This document shows, one piece after another, positions 57,440 through 64,000 of a stretch of DNA of 64,000 nt. The notes beneath the pieces are model-generated. The model was not told where the DNA came from, did not search any database, and saw only the letters and a program-made list of their open reading frames with translations. Position numbers and translations under genes: made by a program. Each line of letters opens with the position of its first letter. Position 1 is the stretch's first letter. The stretch is from the IMG/VR virus record IMGVR_UViG_3300022936_000008; one strand, 5' to 3'. This DNA is from an uncultured virus (IMG/VR IMGVR_UViG_3300022936_000008). Lineage: Duplodnaviria; Heunggongvirae; Uroviricota; Caudoviricetes.

Positions 57440-57512
57440 TTCCACATATCTCAATTGGCAGAGAAGCAAGCTCATAACTTGAAGGTTGCAGGTTCGAGTC
57501 CTGTTGTGGAAA
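57440..57512 (+). tRNA. tRNA with CAT anticodon (elongator Met or Ile2)
   Basis: TTCCACA/TGTGGAA acceptor, TCTC/GAGA D arm, CAAG-CTCATAA-CTTG anticodon arm, GCAGG-TTCGAGT-CCTGT T arm; no encoded CCA. Confidence 0.92.
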
Positions 57513-57533
57513 CTAACAATTAAAATTAAAAAT

Positions 57534-58421
57534 ATGTTCGCAGAAAATCAAGAAGTAGAAGTTATTAAAGTTGATAAATTGCCGGGTAAAGAGTATGCAC
57601 CTAAATTAGTATTAGGGGATAAAAAACAAGTTAAGGCTATTTGTACAGACAGTAAAGGAAATCAACATTTAGATGTGGGACTACGTACAGAGTTAAACTA
57701 TGTAACTTCTCACGAAACAGGGGAAGAGTTACCTAAGAATTTAAAAGTAGAGAATGGTATTCAAACAATAACTCATTGGTGTCACCCATCAAGATTTAAA
57801 GCTTTATGAAACGATATAGTATAATTGAACAAGATGATGTTTATTACATCTTAAAAGAACGTGGTTTTTCTTTATTTGGCTGTTTCTTTTCCATTTCCGG
57901 CGAATTAATCCCAGACTACACAACCAAGTGGTCACAAATTCCATTCTACAATTTAATTGACGCTGAGAATCGATTGGAAGAATTTATTAACCCCAAACCA
58001 ATAGAATTATTATGAAAATAATGGTAGACAGGCCAATAGAAGATTATATAAGAGAAGTATCTGCTCAAAACTTTCTCTTAAAAGAAGAGCTTGAAAAGGC
58101 TTATGAGATTATCGAAGAAAAAGATAAAATTATAAAGGAATACGAAACATTAATAATTGTAGAATGATTACACTCACAGAAAAATATTCAATAGAAACAG
58201 ACGGAGCAGGATGCACTTTATTATTTCAGGAATCGCGGGAAAGAAAAAAGAAAGACTCAGAAGATAAAGAGCAATATACTTTTAAAGACGAATGGTATTT
58301 TTTAAGTGTCCCTCAAGCACTTAACAAATTTACAGACATATCCTTAGAAGAATGTTCAGACGTAAAAGAAATGATGGTGAAATTAGACGAAGTTAAAGCA
58401 ATCATTAACCGATTAAAATAA
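57534..58421 (+). CDS. Hypothetical proteins (57534-57809, 57806-58015, 58164-58421)
   Basis: ORF track; first start moved out of the tRNA. Confidence 0.6.
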
Positions 58422-58422
58422 G

Positions 58423-58463
58423 TTTTACCAATTTGCACAGTGCGTATTAAAGAGGTATATTCG
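58423..58463 (+). promoter_or_regulatory. Late-type promoter (TTTTACCAA-TTTG-N20-TATATTCG)
   Basis: Same motif and spacing as the capsid-module promoters. Confidence 0.65.
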
Positions 58464-58467
58464 CACT

Positions 58468-58576
58468 CAGGTAATACATTTACAGAAACGCTGCCCGAGG
58501 TAGTGAGAATGGAAGCACTTTTAAGTAAGACTGTTCATTCAGAAATTTGCCCTCTAACTTTTTAGGGGGCTTTTTT
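58468..58576 (+). ncRNA. Candidate ~110-nt small RNA
   Basis: Bounded by a promoter and a terminator; internal hairpins. Confidence 0.5.
58549..58576 (+). terminator. Intrinsic terminator
   Basis: GCCCTCTAA-CTTT-TTAGGGGGC followed by T6. Confidence 0.8.
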
Positions 58577-58616
58577 ACGCTTACACTTTGCCTTGCGGTG
58601 AAATTAAATTAAAAAT

Positions 58617-59749
58617 ATGAAAAAATTATATAAGAAATTCAAAGGGTTTAAAGTGCTATGTGGAGAGTATGGCGGTGTGGTTTGTGGTTATTGTGAAAAT
58701 CATTTTTTAGTTGCCACTTTAGATAGACCTGCCTGCTCTTTCCGCCGGACAAAACCCGACACATTCATTGAAGAAGAGTACGTAGACAGCCAATACCGTT
58801 ACTTCTACGCAGATGAAAGTATGTTAGAGAAACAAACTAAATCAGGACGAAAAAGGTGACTTATAAAGAAATATCGCAGAAGTATGATATCCCCGAAAGA
58901 AACTTACTCGCCAGGGTTTACCGACTTTGTTTGTACGGAAAAGGCAAACCAAAACAGTTTACTCAGGAGCAGGTTAGTCAGATTATAGCTTGTCAGCCTT
59001 ATGGTGTGGATTATAAAAATGATCGCCGGAAAATAAAACTCATAGAACTATATCAAGCAACAGGCAATGTAAAAAAAGCGACAAGAGAACTGAAAATGCA
59101 CGAACGTATTGCCTATGAAGCTGTAAAGGAATATAAGGAGACAGAAATGATAACTATTGAGTCTTCTATGAATAAGGGGTTAAAACTTTGCAGAGAAGAT
59201 GTGGGGTGGGTTTTATATGATGAAGATGGTGAGCCATTTGCATCGACTGAGCAGGGATTTGACTTTTTCCTTTCGCCGGAAAATATTAAAAGACAGCTAA
59301 AAAATTTCAAGAAAAAGTACAGCTATCACGTAAAATTATGTGAAGATTTAAACGGTCAAATCTCTGTAAAACATAAAACCTTAAAAATAAGTGCTGTAAG
59401 AGACGAAAGTTAAAAGAATTTATTGTATATTTGTATCGGCAATAAAGCCAAAACGTAAAACCAATTTAAAATGAAAAGACAATCTTTATTAGAAGCAGGG
59501 TTAACAGAAAACCAAAACACAGAAGCAGTAGTAAAAACTACATTAGCTAAAGATTTAAAAGCAATTAAAAAGTTAAAAAGGGACGTAGAAGACCGTCTTG
59601 AAGAAGCGGAGGAAGCACTTGAAGATAGACTTTCAACTAACACTCCAATTGACAAGTCTGTTGTAGAAGTATTATTTAGTAAAGTTAAAGACCTTAAAGC
59701 AGAGCAAGTTCTTTACAAAGAGTTTGAAACTGAATTTCTTGGAGAATAA
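58617..59749 (+). CDS. Hypothetical proteins (58617-58859; HTH-like 58856-59413; coiled-coil 59471-59749)
   Basis: ORF track. Confidence 0.6.
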
Positions 59750-61104
59750 TGAAAGTTCATCTAATAACTCCTACACAAATCTCCCTGCTTGACATCACAA
59801 GTATGGGAGATTCTGTTAAGAGAGGAAATGATAATTTGATCGGGGCATTTGACAGCGGCCTTAAATATTCCATTGCGTTACTACTTAGGAATGATGTTGA
59901 TATATCAATAAGAGTTCCCGGGGAAATGCTTCACCATGAAAATTGGGAAGAACCGTCAGTGGATATTATCAATTTCTCTTCTTACATAGAAACAAGCTCC
60001 ACGGGAAAAGAAAAAGAACTCATTCAATTAGAAATTTCAACTGAGTTTCTAGGAGGAGGTGCTATGAGTCAGCACGATATGAGAGAGCCGTCTAATGGCC
60101 ATTTTGGAATCTTAAAAACAGGTTTTGCTAAAGCACTAGGGCATAATTGGGAGCTTTGGATGGCACTTAGAGAGCTATGGAGTAATATGCTTGATGAGGG
60201 TGGGTATTGTAGTCCGAACGATGAGGATTATGATTTCCAAGGTACAGTTATTACCTTAACATTTGATGAAGATTCTGAATTTGGAAAAATTTGGGAAAAC
60301 AAGCATTTATACATAAATGAAGCAGAGCCTTTATTTGTTTTAGACAACCGGACAGAAGTTTTAGATAATGCAGAGGGTTTTCTTAGGATTTATAAACAAA
60401 ACATCTTAGTTTTTTCAGATGAAAAAAGACCATCAAGATATGCCTATAACATTAAATTCGGACAATTAGATGAAAAAAGGGTGTTGTCTAACATCTATTC
60501 AATTGAGGGAGAAATTTTAAATTCAATTAGAAACACTAAAAACGAAACTTTTCTAAGAACTATTATCACACCTGATTTTTCTACCTCTGAAAAAGAGTTT
60601 CTATCTGAATACTCAACTTATTATGAAGCCTCAGATTTAGTTCACAATTTAGCTGTTGAAATATTTGAAGAGTTTGGAGAAGTTAGATCTTACGCTTGGC
60701 TTATCAGTTCAATTAAGAAGAGAAGGGATTGCCGTATTGCAGGCAAAGTGATTAAATCGGTTGATGACTCTATTTGGACATACTCAACAGAGGTTAAGGT
60801 TGAATCTAAACCGGAAACTATTTCTGAGCCTGATATGGAAGTTGACGATGTTGTTTACAGTTCTTCTTTTTCGGCGGAAATAAAGAAACACTACAACTTT
60901 AACCTAGATGTAGAGATCAAAACAGCTAAACTTAAAGGTTCGCGGGTTATTGCGGATAAGTTTGAAAAATGTATAATTGTAAGTGAAGACTTCTCGGTTG
61001 AAAATGATTTTGCTGAATTTATTGTACAGTATTTAGACTTGACACAAGACGGAAATGTCGTAACTAATTTAAGTAAATACATTGTAGATTTAATCAGAAA
61101 ATAA
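59749..61104 (+). CDS. GHKL-type ATPase-like protein with permuted motif order
   Basis: IGAFDSGLKY precedes WMALRELWSNMLDEG. Confidence 0.6.
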   Translation: MKVHLITPTQISLLDITSMGDSVKRGNDNLIGAFDSGLKYSIALLLRNDVDISIRVPGEMLHHENWEEPSVDIINFSSYIETSSTGKEKELIQLEISTEFLGGGAMSQHDMREPSNGHFGILKTGFAKALGHNWELWMALRELWSNMLDEGGYCSPNDEDYDFQGTVITLTFDEDSEFGKIWENKHLYINEAEPLFVLDNRTEVLDNAEGFLRIYKQNILVFSDEKRPSRYAYNIKFGQLDEKRVLSNIYSIEGEILNSIRNTKNETFLRTIITPDFSTSEKEFLSEYSTYYEASDLVHNLAVEIFEEFGEVRSYAWLISSIKKRRDCRIAGKVIKSVDDSIWTYSTEVKVESKPETISEPDMEVDDVVYSSSFSAEIKKHYNFNLDVEIKTAKLKGSRVIADKFEKCIIVSEDFSVENDFAEFIVQYLDLTQDGNVVTNLSKYIVDLIRK

Positions 61105-61249
61105 TTATGGAAACAATAGAACAAATTGAATATGGAATTAAACTAAGAGAGCTACAAAGAAAGCTGTCACAAGCAGGAGATTATCACGATTTTGATTGGC
61201 CTTCGTTTTTATTGGCGGCGGATGAATTAAGAATTTTACACGGGAAATT

Positions 61250-61813
61250 ATGACTTTTAAAGAAAAAATATATCACCAACACGATGTAGTTTGCAATCAA
61301 AAATATGCAAATGTGCATCCCTACAGTTTTCATTTAGAATGTGTTTTAGCACAGGGTAGAAAATTTCAACATTTAATTGAAAATGAGCTAGTCGTCAACC
61401 CTAACAATTATAAAAGTGTGTCTACCACTACATGGAAAATTGTTGAATTGATATTGAGTAGTCATGACGTATGCGAAGATGGACGCTTAACGTACAATGA
61501 TTTACTTGATTTAGTCGGAGAAGATTTAGGTAATTTTGTAGCCGCTAAAATAGTTGCGGATGCTGTTTATTGCGTTACAGATGAAAAAGGTAAAACTAGG
61601 GCGGAAAGAAAAAATGAAAGCTACTATCTTGAATTATATGAAAATCATTTAGCTATTTTTGTGAAGTTGGCAGATATTGCCGCAAATACATTATACAGTA
61701 AATTGACAGGCTCACCAATGTATGAAAAATATAAAGCAGAATTTCCTAGTTTTAAAAAGAAAGTGTATTTAGATAAGTATGAAGAATTCTTTGATTATGT
61801 AGCAAACCTATAA
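61250..61813 (+). CDS. HD-domain hydrolase, RelA/SpoT-hydrolase (Mesh1/SAH)-like
   Basis: PYSFHL, HDVCED, VTDEK, VKLADIAAN. Confidence 0.8.
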   Translation: MTFKEKIYHQHDVVCNQKYANVHPYSFHLECVLAQGRKFQHLIENELVVNPNNYKSVSTTTWKIVELILSSHDVCEDGRLTYNDLLDLVGEDLGNFVAAKIVADAVYCVTDEKGKTRAERKNESYYLELYENHLAIFVKLADIAANTLYSKLTGSPMYEKYKAEFPSFKKKVYLDKYEEFFDYVANL

Positions 61814-61824
61814 AACAGTGAATT

Positions 61825-62326
61825 TTGAAATACCACCACAAACATAAAATCAAAGGAGAAGTCCCCATTTGTCCTCTAACAAAAAAGGTGGCTCTCTCAG
61901 AAGCGCAGGCAAGTCGAAAGCTAAATTTGCATAATGATATTGTACGTTACTACCAATGCAAGTCTATTGAGGACGGCGGATGTGGTGGTGTACATTTGAC
62001 CTCAACCCCTGCAAAAAAAGTTTTAGACGAGAAAAACTTAGAACCAAAAGAAAGAAACAGACTTCTTAACATCCGCATTCAGGAATTAGAAAAAGAAGTT
62101 GAAAAATTAACAATGCAACTTAATGAACTCGAGCAATCAAATCCTTGATGAGTTTTACCGCTTGTCCGGCGCAGAAAATGACCACCAATTTGCCCAACTC
62201 TCTCACCAATCCCCCGCAGCAGTTTGTATGTGGCGCAGAGCTAAAAATCCTGTAGAGCCAACACTCAGAAAGCTGTTTGAAATAGCACAAGAATTAAATC
62301 TAAAATTAAATATATCAATACAATGA
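61825..62326 (+). CDS. Zn-finger-like protein (61825-62148) and small HTH protein (62123-62326)
   Basis: CP...YQC...CGGVHLTS; FAQLSHQSPAAVCMW...PTLRKLFEIA. Confidence 0.55.
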
Positions 62327-63999
62327 AAAAATTATTAAGTTTATTAACCTTACTGTTATTTAGCGGCGGTTTTGCACAAAATATTACAAATCTGAAGGAA
62401 TATGACATAGTAATGTCTTCACCAACAGAATTCAGTGCTTATTATGGTAATACAAAACAAAGTGTATTACAGCAATTTGAGAAAATGATTGCGGCAGCAA
62501 ATATCGTATTTGAAAGAGATGGTGGTTTCAGATTAAAACTGTCTCCTGAATCTGAAAAATTAATATTTATTGGATCAGACCCTTATTCAAGTTTTGTAAA
62601 TTACGCAACAGAATTAAGTAGTGCTGTAAGAAGTAGAGTTAGTAGAGACAAATACCATTTAGCACATTTAGTAAATGTTGGCTCAAATACTGCAAGTGCT
62701 TTTTCAATAGGGAATGTGTGTAGTGAAAATAATGATAAAGCTTTTAGTCAAGGCTATCAAAACGAGTGGTTTCTATATAATTATTTCCTCCACGAGATAG
62801 GCCACCAATTTGGTACTACACATTCATTTACTAACAAGTTAGAAGCAGGTGGCATTAACACCGAAGCTAATATGGGGTCAACTATTATGGCCAATAATAT
62901 CAAAAACCTGCCAATGTTTAGTGCCGGGGCAATTAATCAAATGATTCAATACACTAATAGGCTAACGTGCGGAAGAGATACAGGTATTGCTAAATCTAAC
63001 ATCACTATTAATCCACAACAAAAATCTTACAAGTTTCCTTATGGGACTGCATTTATGTTAACTGTTGATGGAAATGGAGACTATTACAGCATTGAACAAA
63101 ATGATATCGGCATTGTAGCTAATTCAAATCCGCAGTTAAATAATACATCATCGGGGCCAAAATTTACAACATATATGATTACAGACACCCCTAACAGATA
63201 TTTTCCAAGATTGAGTAATATTAAATTAGGAATTAATTGTGACAGAGAAGAATGTTTAGTTACAAGAGCAAGAGATTTAAAATTCTACTACTCAGTTAGG
63301 GGTAAATACGGTTCTAAACTAGCCACTGTCACACATAAAATATCAGGACTAGCGGGAAACTTTAATATATTATCACAAAATAGCAGTGTTGGGTATGCAG
63401 CTAATGATAGAGTGTTGGTTGAATGGAATGTCGGCGGAACAAATGCAAATGATATAAACGAAAAAACAGTTGATATATTTTTAGCGACAGATGGTATTAA
63501 TTTCAATAACACACTGTTGAAAGGTACGCCAAATGATGGATCTGAATACATCACTATTCCTAATTTAGTTGGAAACACTAACAGAATTATGGTTAAAGGT
63601 AGTACTATTCCGTTTTTAGATATTAATAATGCTGATTTTTCAATAACACAATCTAAACCTACAAACTTAGTTGCAACGCAAATTAAGACGACTTCTGCCA
63701 TCCTTAGTTGGGTTGGAAGCGGCAATTTTGAAATTTATAAGGATGGTAGGCTTCTTGTAACTACACCGAATAGTAATTATACAGTTTCAGGACTTACTTT
63801 AAACACAGTTTATAGATTTTATGTAAAAGCTGTTGGGGGCGAATCTACAGAAACTATTTCGATTACAACTCTCAATAGGGCTGTTGGGGATGTTATTCAG
63901 CCAACAATTCCTCAGTCTTTATCTGCGGTTTCTGCTACATCTTCCATCAGGTTATCTTGGCTACCGTCCACTGATAATGTAGGTATTTTGAACTATTCG
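62323..63999 (+). CDS. Secreted reprolysin-like (M12B/metzincin) zinc metalloprotease with FN3 domains, truncated by the window end
   Basis: Absent from the ORF track. Hand translation gives signal peptide MKKLLSLLTLLLFSGGFA, HEIGHQFGTTH at 62791-62823, Met-turn STIM, and FN3 repeats (PTNLVAT..AILSW; PQSLSA..IRLSW). Confidence 0.88.
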   Translation, partial: MKKLLSLLTLLLFSGGFAQNITNLKEYDIVMSSPTEFSAYYGNTKQSVLQQFEKMIAAANIVFERDGGFRLKLSPESEKLIFIGSDPYSSFVNYATELSSAVRSRVSRDKYHLAHLVNVGSNTASAFSIGNVCSENNDKAFSQGYQNEWFLYNYFLHEIGHQFGTTHSFTNKLEAGGINTEANMGSTIMANNIKNLPMFSAGAINQMIQYTNRLTCGRDTGIAKSNITINPQQKSYKFPYGTAFMLTVDGNGDYYSIEQNDIGIVANSNPQLNNTSSGPKFTTYMITDTPNRYFPRLSNIKLGINCDREECLVTRARDLKFYYSVRGKYGSKLATVTHKISGLAGNFNILSQNSSVGYAANDRVLVEWNVGGTNANDINEKTVDIFLATDGINFNNTLLKGTPNDGSEYITIPNLVGNTNRIMVKGSTIPFLDINNADFSITQSKPTNLVATQIKTTSAILSWVGSGNFEIYKDGRLLVTTPNSNYTVSGLTLNTVYRFYVKAVGGESTETISITTLNRAVGDVIQPTIPQSLSAVSATSSIRLSWLPSTDNVGILNYS

Positions 64000-64000
64000 G

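Noticed and set aside
57486..57533. N-terminal extension of ORF 57486-57809
   Set aside because: Overlaps the tRNA T arm; the real start is ATG 57534
1..64000. Stop-codon reassignment as in some crAss-like phages
   Set aside because: Long genes are intact in code 11; TAA, TAG and TGA all end tightly packed ORFs; no suppressor tRNA seen

Overview
64 kb of an AT-rich, large lytic dsDNA phage of a Bacteroidota (most likely Flavobacteriaceae) host, with crAss-like/Cellulophaga-podovirus-type gene content and order. No host chromosome is evident. 1-17.0 kb (minus strand) is the virion module: HU/IHF-like and HTH genes, large terminase, portal, scaffold, a free-standing GIY-YIG homing endonuclease, major capsid protein and further structural genes. 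17.1-33.9 kb (plus) is the replication/recombination module: PolA-like protein, SF2 helicase, RecA, HNH, DUF5664 pyrophosphatase, SSB, and phage GroEL plus GroES. 33.9-34.8 kb is a non-coding junction with a ~400-nt structured RNA candidate. 34.8-64 kb (plus) holds dozens of short early-type ORFs, a Dam methylase, exonucleases, a tRNA(CAT), a permuted GHKL ATPase, an HD hydrolase and a secreted reprolysin-FN3 metalloprotease. The most unusual signals are non-genic: (i) a window-wide dispersed bipartite motif (GC core, A-tract, ACAGC) in both orientations inside and between genes; (ii) the large structured RNA at the head of the early region; (iii) a phage-specific promoter class (TTACCAA-TTTG-N20-TAnnTTTG) that also drives a ~110-nt candidate sRNA; (iv) an inverted pair of ~68-bp elements 5.8 kb apart. 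All family assignments come from motif recognition by eye; no database searches were run.
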